Positions 17,614-27,805 of a stretch of 44,724 nucleotides of DNA are shown here, one piece after another; position 1 is the stretch's first letter; each line of letters starts with the position of its first letter. Origin of the DNA: a phage. The stretch lies in NCBI GenBank assembly GCA_025471175.1, contig GCA_025471175.1_4338.1, one strand, 5' to 3'. Position numbers and translations under genes: made by a program. Under the pieces are notes generated by a model that made no database searches, was not told where the DNA came from, and saw only the letters and a list, made by a program, of their open reading frames with translations.

Positions 17614-20356
17614 TGGCTTCTAGCGCCGTTAGTCTTGCTTCGTGGTCGTCAACCTTGGCTGCAAGAGCGCGTAGGCACCACCAGGTCAACTCCTCTTTTC
17701 TGAATGAGTACAGTTCACCTGCTTCACGGCCCTCGACAGTGATATTGCCACCATCGTCCCGCTCTTCTTCAACAGCTTCCCACTTATCAAAACAGAATGC
17801 ACCGTACAAAGTCCAGTCAAGATTGTTAGCTGTCATTATAGCGATTGCGGCTTGAACTGTTGGGCCCGCGTGCAGACGGGCGTTATCCCCCTCCGACTGA
17901 TAACGCTCCAACCATTGCCATACGCCCGGTAGCCGCAGTATCGATGAAAACGCGGACACTTCATCAGGTGTGATGTCGCGCGGTGCCGTTTTCATCGTAG
18001 CGTCGGATGTGCTGATCGTGCCGTTTACCGCATAAATAGTCGTCCAGCGCGATGCTGGCTGCCCGAGCGCAAGGACGTTGTCGGATGTAGGTGCTAATTT
18101 CGCGGCGTCTACGAGCGCCCAGTATGTACTTTTGCTGCCGAAGCGAACCCGCAAGCCAGATAACAGGTTAAGGGCGCCGGCTGCACTCTGAACATTCGCA
18201 TCGCCTGAAGTTGGGCCGAGAAACACAAACTTACCAGTGTACGGAGATATGCGCACATGGCCTTTTTCAGAGACAAGTCTAGTTCCACTATCCGCTTGTT
18301 CCGGGAGCGCTTTATGGTCTATATAACTATCTCTTGGATTGAATACACCGCCAGTAGTTGTGTATCGACCGCCTGTGTAAGTTGTATATTCTGGACCCCA
18401 ATCAACCCCGTTCCCCTCGGTGCAGCCAATCATCCGCAATACGCGAGTATTCCCGGCGGCATAAGGCAGCGAACTTGTTGACTGGCGAGACGCGATCATG
18501 CGGGCACCGTAGCCAAATGAGGAATTCCCCCCACCAACTGTCTGGTAAGGGATCTGGCTCTCAAAGTAGGTGCTGTAAAAGTTCATGTTCCCGCAATCAT
18601 GCATGTGAACAAGAACATCGTCCCATCCCTGAATAGTCCCTGCATGAACCTGAACACCTCGCACTGGCTCGCCGGATACTTCCATGCATTCCGATGGGCG
18701 GCTAAATGGTTGAGACAGGTATTGCGATGTGGCAAGCAGATGTGTGTGGTGATACAGGCTGGTAATGTAGCAATCGAAAAATTGCGTTCCCGCCATACCA
18801 AAGTTATCTATGTCATTTCGCCGTATAGTAGAACCTACTGTTGCCTCAGAAGCGTTAGACACTCCAGTAAATACTAACTTATCACCGGATACGGATAATC
18901 CTGAATAAGTGAAATTACTGCCTCCCGATCTTAAAACCCCGGACGTTTCGAAGGTGTGGCTTGATGACCATGGGATTTCGATAGTGCTGGACGTTACCGC
19001 TGTAATTCTGAACACATCATGTGCGCGAATCGAAACGCCTTTGAACCCCTGAAAACGGCAGTGGTAGTAATTTTCATCCTCACCCTGTGCAGCCGGGGTG
19101 CCAGATACAGGTATATTTGTTTTTAAAAGTGCCGCTTTTCGCCAGTAACCAACCACCTGCAAATTGCGATATTCGTTGCCGAATGATGCCCGTGACCAGA
19201 TTCCTACATCCCACTCATCGCCCAGCCCGGTATTTGCAATGTCTTTATAACCGTCCAGCCCGTTGAAATAGGGAACAATGCGGAAGTTTTCCAGACGAAC
19301 ACAACCGGTCTCTGGCATCAATATCGCAACAGAGAATGGTTTAAGAGTCGCTCGTGTGGTGCCTGATGCGTCACCATTGGTGAAATCAAGCAGGTCATAC
19401 GACGGCGCTGGAGCAGTTGCCGTGTACGGGTCTGAGGCGGAAGGATTGACTACAACGCCGCCGCTCTTGTCCATATTGGAAACACAATCCAGGGTGTAAT
19501 TTTTAGCCCCAGTACCATACATCAGAAATGTGGTGCCGCTGGTCAGATTGGGGTTAAAGGTGGCAGTAAATCCAGACACCCATTTATTGACACCAAGTCC
19601 GATAATTCCGCCTCCAGAAACTGGAAGCAGCGTATCCGTAATTACGTAGGCATTATCGGCGCCATACACAACTTTTCCGGTGTTTAACGCCGCCTGCCAG
19701 GCGGCCCAGTCGACACTTTGCGTTAAGCTAGTTACGAATGGGTACACGGCCCGTGCGGATGGTAAGGAAGTATAAATTTCAGATAGCGGATGGTACGACC
19801 CATCACCGATGGCCCCAAACTGCTTAACATTAAGGAACAGCGCGTTATTGTCATGCTGAGTAAGGCTTACAGCACCTTGGTATGGTTGAACTACATTGAT
19901 ATTACTGTCGTCGACAAGAGGTCCCGAACTAGCAGTTGCTAATTGCTTGCGTAGAGTAATATCACCCACAGGCCGCCATGCCCCCTCGGCAATACCTCCA
20001 GCCGTTAACGGTGAAGACGCGGCTGGTATAACCTTCGGCAGCGTGCCCTCCCAGTAATACCAGTCACCATCACCACCATCAGCCATAGGCCATAAAACCG
20101 CCTTGTTACGGTCGTTCAGGGTAAGAGTACCGCCAGATGTAAAATCAAAAGACGCTGGTTCGAACCCGATATCGCGCAGAATGGCTGGCATAGTTTTTTG
20201 AACTTGGCCAGTAACCGGGTTAGTCGCATAATCAATATCGGCGCCACCTGCAACACCGCCGGATTTGCCGGTGATAACCTCGGCTTCGAAAATCTGGTGC
20301 TTCTTGGCGGTTTGTAAATCCGCCAGGCTTAAAACGTCACCGCATCCGCTTGACAT
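17609..20356 (-). CDS. tailspike / tail fiber with C-terminal intramolecular chaperone domain
   Basis: 915 aa; N-terminus DGDWYYWEGTLPKVIPAASSPLTAGGIAEGAW resembles the K1F endosialidase-type anchor; C-terminal STSDATMKTAPRD fits the S74 self-cleaving chaperone pattern; central part repetitive. Confidence 0.8.
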   Translation of the reverse strand: MSSGCGDVLSLADLQTAKKHQIFEAEVITGKSGGVAGGADIDYATNPVTGQVQKTMPAILRDIGFEPASFDFTSGGTLTLNDRNKAVLWPMADGGDGDWYYWEGTLPKVIPAASSPLTAGGIAEGAWRPVGDITLRKQLATASSGPLVDDSNINVVQPYQGAVSLTQHDNNALFLNVKQFGAIGDGSYHPLSEIYTSLPSARAVYPFVTSLTQSVDWAAWQAALNTGKVVYGADNAYVITDTLLPVSGGGIIGLGVNKWVSGFTATFNPNLTSGTTFLMYGTGAKNYTLDCVSNMDKSGGVVVNPSASDPYTATAPAPSYDLLDFTNGDASGTTRATLKPFSVAILMPETGCVRLENFRIVPYFNGLDGYKDIANTGLGDEWDVGIWSRASFGNEYRNLQVVGYWRKAALLKTNIPVSGTPAAQGEDENYYHCRFQGFKGVSIRAHDVFRITAVTSSTIEIPWSSSHTFETSGVLRSGGSNFTYSGLSVSGDKLVFTGVSNASEATVGSTIRRNDIDNFGMAGTQFFDCYITSLYHHTHLLATSQYLSQPFSRPSECMEVSGEPVRGVQVHAGTIQGWDDVLVHMHDCGNMNFYSTYFESQIPYQTVGGGNSSFGYGARMIASRQSTSSLPYAAGNTRVLRMIGCTEGNGVDWGPEYTTYTGGRYTTTGGVFNPRDSYIDHKALPEQADSGTRLVSEKGHVRISPYTGKFVFLGPTSGDANVQSAAGALNLLSGLRVRFGSKSTYWALVDAAKLAPTSDNVLALGQPASRWTTIYAVNGTISTSDATMKTAPRDITPDEVSAFSSILRLPGVWQWLERYQSEGDNARLHAGPTVQAAIAIMTANNLDWTLYGAFCFDKWEAVEEERDDGGNITVEGREAGELYSFRKEELTWWCLRALAAKVDDHEARLTALEAK

Positions 20357-20368
20357 ATAGAGTCCTCT

Positions 20369-22999
20369 TTAATTAAAACCATCGCTGAATCCGTCGGAGA
20401 AACCGCTGCCGTATGGCGCGACGCCGTCGTATTTATAGAAATCTGCTTCATAGTTAATCCCGGTAATCTTAACCGTTCTGTCGTCTCCGGGGCCAACTGT
20501 AGAAACAAGAATCATCTGAGCATTATGCCTTGCTTCGTTACCGAATGAAAACTCAGTTTTTAGTGCGCTATTCCCTGTGTATATCGCCTCTTGAGGCGCA
20601 GAGAGCATAACCACTTCACGGTCGTGGCTTCCAGGCACAACAGCAACACTTTGAACTCCGCCGTCTCTCTTCTTAAGAATCAGTGAGTGGTCATCCCCCG
20701 GAGTAAACGTAACCGGCTGAGAAAGAATAAGGGTAAGCCCATTAACGGCAACGACATAACCATCTTGAGGTGCTACTCGCGAGCCTTTAACTACGCTTAT
20801 TGCCCGTCCTGGAAGCACAAAAACCCCTTCTTCTGTCGCCGTGAATGATACCGTCACCTTCTTCAACAGGTTCTTCTGGTACCGACGGTACGCCGCCCAG
20901 TACGCCTGACGATAATTACGTATACCTTTAGAGTCATACGTTTCTGTGTTAACACCACCCTCGGCGGGAATGCTGATGGTCTCTTTTACGTTAGTATCTG
21001 GGTCGATGTAGGAGAACTTAAGACTATCGTATACCTGAGCGTCGTTGAATGTGCGCGTCCACTTTTCCGAAGCTGTTGTCTTACTTCGATGTGTGAATAC
21101 CATTTCCGGCCCCATACGCGGGCGCTCGAAATCCAGTAATATGTCTTGCCCTTTACGATATGGAGTGCAGAAAATAGCATCGGCTATTGTGCTGATGATA
21201 TCCTGCATGGTCATTTTATAGTCGTCAAAAGTGTAGCAGAATTGACCCGCCTCCACGTTACCGAAATAATTCTCAATCTCGGTCTGAGTCGCTAACAACT
21301 TGTCCATATTGGATGTTGTTAGGTTGAGATTACCTACTACCGGGTCACGGGCGAGACGTATTAATGATTGAATGGCCTGAGTATTCGGTGTCATTACGGT
21401 GTCGAATACACCATTACCGAGGTATTTGTACACCATCTCTGTGGCGACCATACGTAACTGTGGTTGCTTAATCTCTGCGGCCCGCGGCGTCTGCTTACGT
21501 GCCGAGTGTACGGTGGTACGATTGCCGTAATGTGGCGTAGTGTCACGGACCTGACCGTAAAGGTTGATATAGGAAACCTCGTCTACCACGGTGCCCTCGA
21601 AATCAAGGTCCAGGTTGGTAACACGACGGGCACGTACCTTAACTTTCGACCTCATGGGCAAGTCGGCGTAAATAGTAACTCCGGTGTAGTCGGCGGACCG
21701 ACCAGATATAACGGCCTGTTTTGAATAGATACTCCCGTATGGGGCACCGGTTTCATCGAGTAGTTGGTATTGGAGTTCAATAGTTACCGACGTACGCAAT
21801 TTACTGCCGTTGTCTTTATACATACCGTTAGCGGCAGCGATGTTGGCTACCACGCGTTCAACTTCCAGGCGGTTTAAGGTGGTCCAGTCGGTTAATGTTC
21901 TTTCATACGTATCCACGGGGCCTACCCACGTGTCACTTCTCTGGGAAAGTGAATAGGTGGTTGAGCCTAAAGCAGCCCAATTAGACGCGCCGCCGGTGTC
22001 GACCCGCAGCTCGAAGTTATCGACATAAAGAACACGAAAGTTGCCGTTGGTATTTGTTACGTCCGGAACGTCAAAGTTATTGAACGACGCGGTGTCACCA
22101 ACAGATAATATTTCCGCGAAGCCAGAATCCCCCGTGTCGTCATACAGGTATCCAATTTTTGTAGCAGAGTCATATCTCACGCGGCCCGTGTCGCTTGGGT
22201 TGACCCGAATATCGTTCTGGGCTTTAAGAACGGCTCCATCTACTTCATTAGACGCGATAGTTATATAAAGATTCTGATTGATAGGTTCCCCCACCAGAAG
22301 CTGCGGGGTATTTGTATTGTTGGGGGATGTAAACGGCGCGTACACCGCGACAGAGGTCCCCGTAATCTCCTGTACCTTAGTATCGCCGTCGGTAATATCT
22401 TCGGCCTTGATGTCCAGATACCCACGACCGGCATCGTAGTATCCGTATTCAATAATGCGACCAGATTCATCGAATATTTTATAGGTAGTCATGAGGTCAT
22501 TAGGGATGGTCTGGACTTTGCCGCAAATATCATACGACCGTTCATATGGACGGGGTTTATTGTTTCGGTCCGTCAGGCTGTTGTTGGGGGACTCAGCCTG
22601 CTGGTTCGCTAAACTCGTTTTAGGCGTTTTCTGCGACGGAGAAATCAACTTGGTAACAAATTTAAGCACACCCAAAGGGTCCAGGAGTTTACCCAGAAAA
22701 CCGCCACCGCCACCAGCGCCTTCGATAATATGGAAAACATCGTCTTCTTTCAGCGCTTCGAAATCTTCAGTTACTTCCATGTCCTCGCCGATCTCGCCAC
22801 GGTAAATACGTACAGGCACCCCGTCGGGGATGTTAGCGACGACGTATTCCATCGGCGGTACGTTGTGCCGTTCGCGGTCGAAAGTACCGTCTTCGTTACG
22901 GGTGTAATGTAATGTCAGCGCCAAAATTCTATCTCCGCATAAGTTTCGCGCAAGTCTTCCAGACGGTCTAACCGTACCTGGCGACTCGCCAGCTCGCAA
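20369..22999 (-). CDS. tail tip / host specificity protein (J-like)
   Basis: 876 aa between NlpC/P60 tail-tip gene and tailspike; N-terminal boundary uncertain (track start overlaps upstream gene by 85 nt). Confidence 0.5.
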   Translation of the reverse strand: MRAGESPGTVRPSGRLARNLCGDRILALTLHYTRNEDGTFDRERHNVPPMEYVVANIPDGVPVRIYRGEIGEDMEVTEDFEALKEDDVFHIIEGAGGGGGFLGKLLDPLGVLKFVTKLISPSQKTPKTSLANQQAESPNNSLTDRNNKPRPYERSYDICGKVQTIPNDLMTTYKIFDESGRIIEYGYYDAGRGYLDIKAEDITDGDTKVQEITGTSVAVYAPFTSPNNTNTPQLLVGEPINQNLYITIASNEVDGAVLKAQNDIRVNPSDTGRVRYDSATKIGYLYDDTGDSGFAEILSVGDTASFNNFDVPDVTNTNGNFRVLYVDNFELRVDTGGASNWAALGSTTYSLSQRSDTWVGPVDTYERTLTDWTTLNRLEVERVVANIAAANGMYKDNGSKLRTSVTIELQYQLLDETGAPYGSIYSKQAVISGRSADYTGVTIYADLPMRSKVKVRARRVTNLDLDFEGTVVDEVSYINLYGQVRDTTPHYGNRTTVHSARKQTPRAAEIKQPQLRMVATEMVYKYLGNGVFDTVMTPNTQAIQSLIRLARDPVVGNLNLTTSNMDKLLATQTEIENYFGNVEAGQFCYTFDDYKMTMQDIISTIADAIFCTPYRKGQDILLDFERPRMGPEMVFTHRSKTTASEKWTRTFNDAQVYDSLKFSYIDPDTNVKETISIPAEGGVNTETYDSKGIRNYRQAYWAAYRRYQKNLLKKVTVSFTATEEGVFVLPGRAISVVKGSRVAPQDGYVVAVNGLTLILSQPVTFTPGDDHSLILKKRDGGVQSVAVVPGSHDREVVMLSAPQEAIYTGNSALKTEFSFGNEARHNAQMILVSTVGPGDDRTVKITGINYEADFYKYDGVAPYGSGFSDGFSDGFN

Positions 23000-23280
23000 T
23001 GACTAACCATACCGTCATAGTATACTCCGGCGTGCCAGATTACACGGTTTCTGTGCCGTGTTGCCATCAGCACGGCATCGAAGTTTTGCGGAGTTTCTAC
23101 GCGTACAAGGCCTTTAGTATCTTTATGGCCTTCTTCGAAGGCGTCGTTAATCTGTGTTGGCGAAGCGACGTTAAACTCAGGCGTAAAGAGGCCTACATCC
23201 GCACGAACGTTACGGACATGGTGCCAGCAATTACGACGGCGAAAGTCGTACGGCAACCCTGTATAAGAATTAATATTCAT
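22915..23280 (-). CDS. tail assembly protein with NlpC/P60-like domain (gpK-like)
   Basis: 121 aa; Cys-His-His arrangement (NCWHH...H); ATGA overlap. Confidence 0.5.
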   Translation of the reverse strand: MNINSYTGLPYDFRRRNCWHHVRNVRADVGLFTPEFNVASPTQINDAFEEGHKDTKGLVRVETPQNFDAVLMATRHRNRVIWHAGVYYDGMVSHCELASRQVRLDRLEDLRETYAEIEFWR

Positions 23281-23792
23281 GTGGACAAAACGCCCCGTAA
23301 CAATGGGATTACTGAAGGGGTCATTAGTTCACCAGTGGCCCTTTGGTTCAACATAGGAACGCCAACGTCGGCGGTAAATAGCCCCTTTTCCTGGTTTATC
23401 GACTGCAACTCGTACACAACAGGCCCGTCAGCCGGGTAAGACAAATCGGTACTAACAAAACGGCGGAATATAAACTTAGGCAACACGGTATTATCGGGCG
23501 GTATCCTATCCATCTCATCGTCTAACTGGTTTCCAATATCGGGCAATGCGAACGATGCTCGCTGGTCCATGTCGTTATTGTTGGCGGCCCCTTTAGCCTC
23601 CATTGGTGTGGCCTCAAACGTAACTACTTCTCCGGTCTCTAACGTTGCCGTCAGGTCAGAAGTTCCGCGCACAAGTAAATACCGCTTCGAAAGAAGCGGA
23701 TGCACTATCTCCAGCGTCGTGTAGTCAATCTCGCCGTCGGGGTTGGAGGCCAGCTTACGGCGATAGGCGGCTTCTACTGATTCCTGGCTCAT
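23277..23792 (-). CDS. minor tail protein (gpL-like, by position)
   Basis: ORF track 23277..23807; ATG at 23790-23792 overlaps upstream stop. Confidence 0.35.
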   Translation of the reverse strand: MSQESVEAAYRRKLASNPDGEIDYTTLEIVHPLLSKRYLLVRGTSDLTATLETGEVVTFEATPMEAKGAANNNDMDQRASFALPDIGNQLDDEMDRIPPDNTVLPKFIFRRFVSTDLSYPADGPVVYELQSINQEKGLFTADVGVPMLNQRATGELMTPSVIPLLRGVLST

Positions 23793-24283
23793 TGCATCGG
23801 GTCCCAAATTCGTGGAAACGTTGATTGCGCGGCTCCGTATGCTTTAAGGAATCCACCTAAGCAATCCCCATAACAACCGAACAAATCCGGTAGATTCTTC
23901 GTAAGGCAGGTATCTTCCTGAATCGCAGTCCGCTCCGCGGTTGCTGTGAAAGTAATTACCCAGTTTTTACCATCGTCGGTGCTGTCGCTAATGTCCGACG
24001 TAATAAGTACCTGGTGGTCTTCGAGACCTAAACCCGTATCGTGCGGCATGATAAATGAAGACGCACCGCCGTCTATGTTGTTCATGAAGCTATAGAACGC
24101 CTGTCGCCCGAGCGACGATACGACGAGCGTAACGCTAATCGGCACTGGCTCAAAGTATGTATCACGCCCCTGTCGCGGCACGCCACCTTGCACTTCTGTA
24201 CGCCAGATATTACTCCCTCGCGTTTGGGAGTACCCCTTCGACACTATTGGTCGAAGGGACATAGGGAATCTCAAATCACTCAT
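23789..24283 (-). CDS. minor tail protein (gpM-like, by position)
   Basis: 164 aa directly after tape measure gene. Confidence 0.35.
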   Translation of the reverse strand: MSDLRFPMSLRPIVSKGYSQTRGSNIWRTEVQGGVPRQGRDTYFEPVPISVTLVVSSLGRQAFYSFMNNIDGGASSFIMPHDTGLGLEDHQVLITSDISDSTDDGKNWVITFTATAERTAIQEDTCLTKNLPDLFGCYGDCLGGFLKAYGAAQSTFPRIWDPMQ

Positions 24284-24286
24284 TGG

Positions 24287-26623
24287 TTAATACCCCGGCT
24301 GGTTTCGCGTAGCCCGGCGGGACTTGGAGATTGCACTGTTGCTGTCTTGTAACGCCGCCGATACTGTTTCACTGATGATAACACGTAACCGCCCTTCGTC
24401 GTCACGCTCTGTAACGGCGGAATCAACTCGTCCGGTGGTGTTGTTGACGATTGTCACGCTGTCACCGCCTGACTTGTTGCCGTTCTCGCCCATAATCTGG
24501 CGCATCTGTTCCGCGGTACGTACGCGTGACGCCCCTGCAGGCATAATAACTTCCGGCTTGTTACGTTCCGCGATAGTAGATAACTGACCTGCGGCTAAGT
24601 TACCGCCCTGCTCACGGGCCGAACGAATCTTACCTATGTTCGCCAGACCTGCGGCTATCGCGGCGGCGGCAGCCACCGGACCAAGTACCCAACCGACAAT
24701 AGGAATCGCGGACGCAGATTTATAAGCCTCGATGGCGGATGTGTATGTGGCTATTGTGGCCTGAGCGATAGCGAATGCTTTATACGCGGAGGACGCCTCG
24801 CCTAGCGATGACTTAATGTTGTCCGCCATCATGCCAAAAGCGTTACCGGTAGCGTTGGCACGTTTCAATGCGTACTGGTCGTTTATCGCGTTAACCGCTG
24901 CCTGGTACTGCTCCTCGTTAATCAGATTCTGTTCACGGTATCTATCAGCAACGTCCAGTTTTTGTTGTTCCTGAATCTCCAGAAGCTCAAGCTCGGCAGC
25001 ATTCTGGCCCATAATCTGAGCCATGAAGTCCTCGCCTTTCTGGTTCTTCTCCTGCCGTTCTTTCTCCCGCTTGGCGAGTTCTTCCTGACGTGCGGTGTCC
25101 GCCTCCAGCATAATTTGAGTTTTGGCGTTCTCGTATTGCTGGTCGCTAAGAAGCTGGTTGCCGTAAAACTCTTGTAGCTTGGTTAACTGTTGCTCCTGAT
25201 TAGCTTCTATTTTCTGGAATACGTCGTCATTGAGATGAATCGACTGGTAGTAGAAATCCTCCGCGGCTTTCTTCTGGCGCTCGAACGCGTCCGCAGCTTT
25301 CTTGGCGGCTTTTGCACCAGCATTATCATCTTCGGACCCGCCACCAGTACCAGTTACCTTAAATTTACTAAGCCCTTCTTCCTTAGCGGCTTCTTTGTCG
25401 ATGTCATATGCCGCGCGTTTAAGCGCGACGATATTTTGCTGAGCCTCCACCTGTTCGCGGAAACTTTTACGGGTCAGGTCCGCAACATCGCGCTGAGTAT
25501 CCAGTGCCATCCCTAGCTGGAAGTTAATGTTTTTTGCTACGTCTACAGATTCCCCTGGTGTGAAGGCTGCTTTCACCAACCGGCCAGCGTCCTGCGCCCC
25601 TTTAACCATATCTTCAAAGAAGCGCTCCATCGCGGTAAATTCTTCCGCGATGAAATCGAGCGCATCGGCTGCTGATTCCGCGATGGTTGTCGCCGTTTGT
25701 TCGCCGCTGTCGGTGATACTTTTACTGCTAAAATCCCAAAGTTCATTCAGTCCATTTATCGCGTCACCTACAAAACCAAATGCCGCGTCGAACGACATCT
25801 CTATCGCGCTTCCTACTTCCGACGCGATGTCACCCCACATACGCATCTCTGCGGCAAGTTCACCGGATGCAACCTGTGCGTTAAGTTCCTGGATTAAATC
25901 ATTGATGTATCGGATAGGTTCGGCGAGCGCACCAACATCAAGACTGGTAGCCAGTGTCATTTTTAACTGCGACCATGAGTCGCTGGCACTGGCTATGGCC
26001 CCGTTAAGTGTGTTAGCCTGGTCCGCCATAGCCCCAGCGAAGTTTACGTTACCAATGTTGAGCAGGTATTGCTCTATATCGGCAGCGCTCTTCTTAACCA
26101 CCGTAGTAGTGCCCTGGAATGTAAATTCAACATCGTCTTTGTTCTGCTTAGCCTTGATGCCGAATTCTTTAAGGCGCTCAAATTCAAACGTACTGGCGTC
26201 CGCAACGGCCTCAATCATCTGATTTAGGTCTTTACCCATAGCAGCGGCAGTGTTGCCATAGGAGCGCAACGCTTCTTCTGATGGTGTAAGACCAAGCGCC
26301 ACAAGTTTACGGAATCCCTCTACTGCCTGTTCAAGACCATACGGGGTGTCGCGCGCGAAGTCTTGCAGGATGCTTAATGCCTGTCTCGCCCCCTGCGTGC
26401 TTCCGGTTAGTGTTTTCAGGCTGGCGGACATCTTGTCCAGTTGCCGTTGGGAGTCTACCAGTTCCTGTGCGGCCTTGTACGCGGTAGCAGCGACGATGGA
26501 AGCGAGGCCCGCTACCGCGGCCCCGGCTACCTTTGCGGACTTGGAAAGGTTATCAAGACGGTCTGAGGTAGCTTTCGCGCCTTGCTCTGATACTTTTACA
26601 ACTAAACTAGCTACATCAGCCAT
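24287..26623 (-). CDS. tail tape measure protein
   Basis: 778 aa, Ala/Gln/Glu-rich helical repeats; downstream of G/GT chaperone genes. Confidence 0.85.
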   Translation of the reverse strand: MADVASLVVKVSEQGAKATSDRLDNLSKSAKVAGAAVAGLASIVAATAYKAAQELVDSQRQLDKMSASLKTLTGSTQGARQALSILQDFARDTPYGLEQAVEGFRKLVALGLTPSEEALRSYGNTAAAMGKDLNQMIEAVADASTFEFERLKEFGIKAKQNKDDVEFTFQGTTTVVKKSAADIEQYLLNIGNVNFAGAMADQANTLNGAIASASDSWSQLKMTLATSLDVGALAEPIRYINDLIQELNAQVASGELAAEMRMWGDIASEVGSAIEMSFDAAFGFVGDAINGLNELWDFSSKSITDSGEQTATTIAESAADALDFIAEEFTAMERFFEDMVKGAQDAGRLVKAAFTPGESVDVAKNINFQLGMALDTQRDVADLTRKSFREQVEAQQNIVALKRAAYDIDKEAAKEEGLSKFKVTGTGGGSEDDNAGAKAAKKAADAFERQKKAAEDFYYQSIHLNDDVFQKIEANQEQQLTKLQEFYGNQLLSDQQYENAKTQIMLEADTARQEELAKREKERQEKNQKGEDFMAQIMGQNAAELELLEIQEQQKLDVADRYREQNLINEEQYQAAVNAINDQYALKRANATGNAFGMMADNIKSSLGEASSAYKAFAIAQATIATYTSAIEAYKSASAIPIVGWVLGPVAAAAAIAAGLANIGKIRSAREQGGNLAAGQLSTIAERNKPEVIMPAGASRVRTAEQMRQIMGENGNKSGGDSVTIVNNTTGRVDSAVTERDDEGRLRVIISETVSAALQDSNSAISKSRRATRNQPGY

Positions 26624-26975
26624 CGTTTCTGCCCTCGAAAATAGCGTCTAAGCTCATGATGATGTCAGATTCAAACATGTCTATATTCTGGCCCGAAACG
26701 GTGCTGTATGCCACTAAATCCGACCATCTTAACTGTTCGCGCGGGTACATCTTGATGCCGTCGTCATCCACTCGGCGGGTAAATTTGATTTCCCGGTACT
26801 TCTCGAAGGTGGTTAATAGCTCAGGGGGGCATTCTGGCCCGGTATCCTGCGTTGCTTCCGGCGCGTCTTGCATAACCCCCATAGCAATTAGCGCGGCTTT
26901 ATGTCCGTCGGCAATGCTGTCAAACTCCCGCCGTTTGTGGCGGGTTATGAAGTTCCAACGGGCAAACTGGAGCAA
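26616..26975 (-). CDS. tail assembly chaperone T segment (expressed as G-T fusion by -1 frameshift)
   Basis: Frame is open upstream of the TTG and overlaps the 3' end of the G gene in the -1 frame. Confidence 0.5.
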   Translation of the reverse strand: MLQFARWNFITRHKRREFDSIADGHKAALIAMGVMQDAPEATQDTGPECPPELLTTFEKYREIKFTRRVDDDGIKMYPREQLRWSDLVAYSTVSGQNIDMFESDIIMSLDAIFEGRNDG

Positions 26976-26980
26976 CGCGT

Positions 26981-27397
26981 CTACTTTTCCTGCAATTGGT
27001 GAAGCTGTTCGTTGTGGAAAACAACAACGTGTTCAGCGAGGCGTTTATATTGTGAGAAAAGAGTGTTCAGGTTCTCTTTATTAAATTCATCGTCGAGACT
27101 CCAACCGTTAACCAGTTCAAGTGCTAACTGGCGGTTAAGGTCCGTCGCGGCGTCTTCCATCTTAATATTGTATTCCGAGAAATCTTTCAGTTCCTCACAT
27201 TTATCACGAAGCGGTTTCAATTTACCTAATGCCGCGCGGTACGCAAGTGTAAACGCCCTCATAGCTTTAACGGCAACGTCTGCCTCCGGTGAAACAACGT
27301 TCAGCCACTCCCCTGAATCGGTGCCGTCTTTCAGTGGTATTGGCATACGGGCGCCTTTTTCTGCCTCAGCTTCGTAATAAAAATCAGAAAGTTTCAT
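26981..27397 (-). CDS. tail assembly chaperone (gpG-like)
   Basis: 138 aa acidic protein immediately upstream of T segment and tape measure. Confidence 0.6.
   Translation of the reverse strand: MKLSDFYYEAEAEKGARMPIPLKDGTDSGEWLNVVSPEADVAVKAMRAFTLAYRAALGKLKPLRDKCEELKDFSEYNIKMEDAATDLNRQLALELVNGWSLDDEFNKENLNTLFSQYKRLAEHVVVFHNEQLHQLQEK
26984..26990 (-). other. candidate -1 programmed frameshift site
   Basis: Minus strand GGAAAAG (CAG GAA AAG TAG) directly before the G stop; -1 frame continues into T ORF. Confidence 0.45.
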
Positions 27398-27504
27398 TCT
27401 TTAATCCTTTGGTTAAGAGGTTACTGGTTAAGGTTAATGCGCCAGACGGGAACCACCCGCTTTTCGTGTGCGACACTAGGCGCAAAATAATTCTAACACA
27501 TTAC

Positions 27505-27533
27505 TTGCACACCCCAACATAATAGGATACTAT
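27505..27533 (+). promoter_or_regulatory. sigma70-like promoter of the moron
   Basis: TTGCAC-N17-TACTAT; ~37 nt identical (reverse complement) to early-left promoter region 4563-4599. Confidence 0.55.
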
Positions 27534-27574
27534 TCACTTACACCAACAATGTTAACTCAAACAGGAGCTACCCC

Positions 27575-27766
27575 ATGACAGGTATTACTATGTTCTTCTT
27601 AATCATTATCGTTTTAGTTTATTTTATCCCATTTCTCGTGGCGCATATGCGCAACCATAAAGCTAAATTAGCGATATTCATGGCTAATCTGTTTCTCGGT
27701 TGGGTTCTGCTGCCGTGGGTATTTATTTTAATCTGGGCGTGCAACTCGAATGTCAAAGAGAAGTGA
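27575..27766 (+). CDS. Imm-like superinfection immunity membrane protein
   Basis: 63 aa, two hydrophobic segments; YFIPFLVAHMRNHKAKLAIFMANLFLGWVLLPWVFILIWA matches the remembered Imm_superinfect pattern; AGGAG RBS. Confidence 0.55.
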   Translation: MTGITMFFLIIIVLVYFIPFLVAHMRNHKAKLAIFMANLFLGWVLLPWVFILIWACNSNVKEK

Positions 27767-27805
27767 GCTAGTATAGGACAAATCCTAAACACGAGGAAGT
27801 AAAGC

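Noticed and set aside
25527-26222. 231-aa plus-strand ORF
   Set aside because: Antisense shadow of the tape measure gene; Ser/Ala-rich with no recognisable motif
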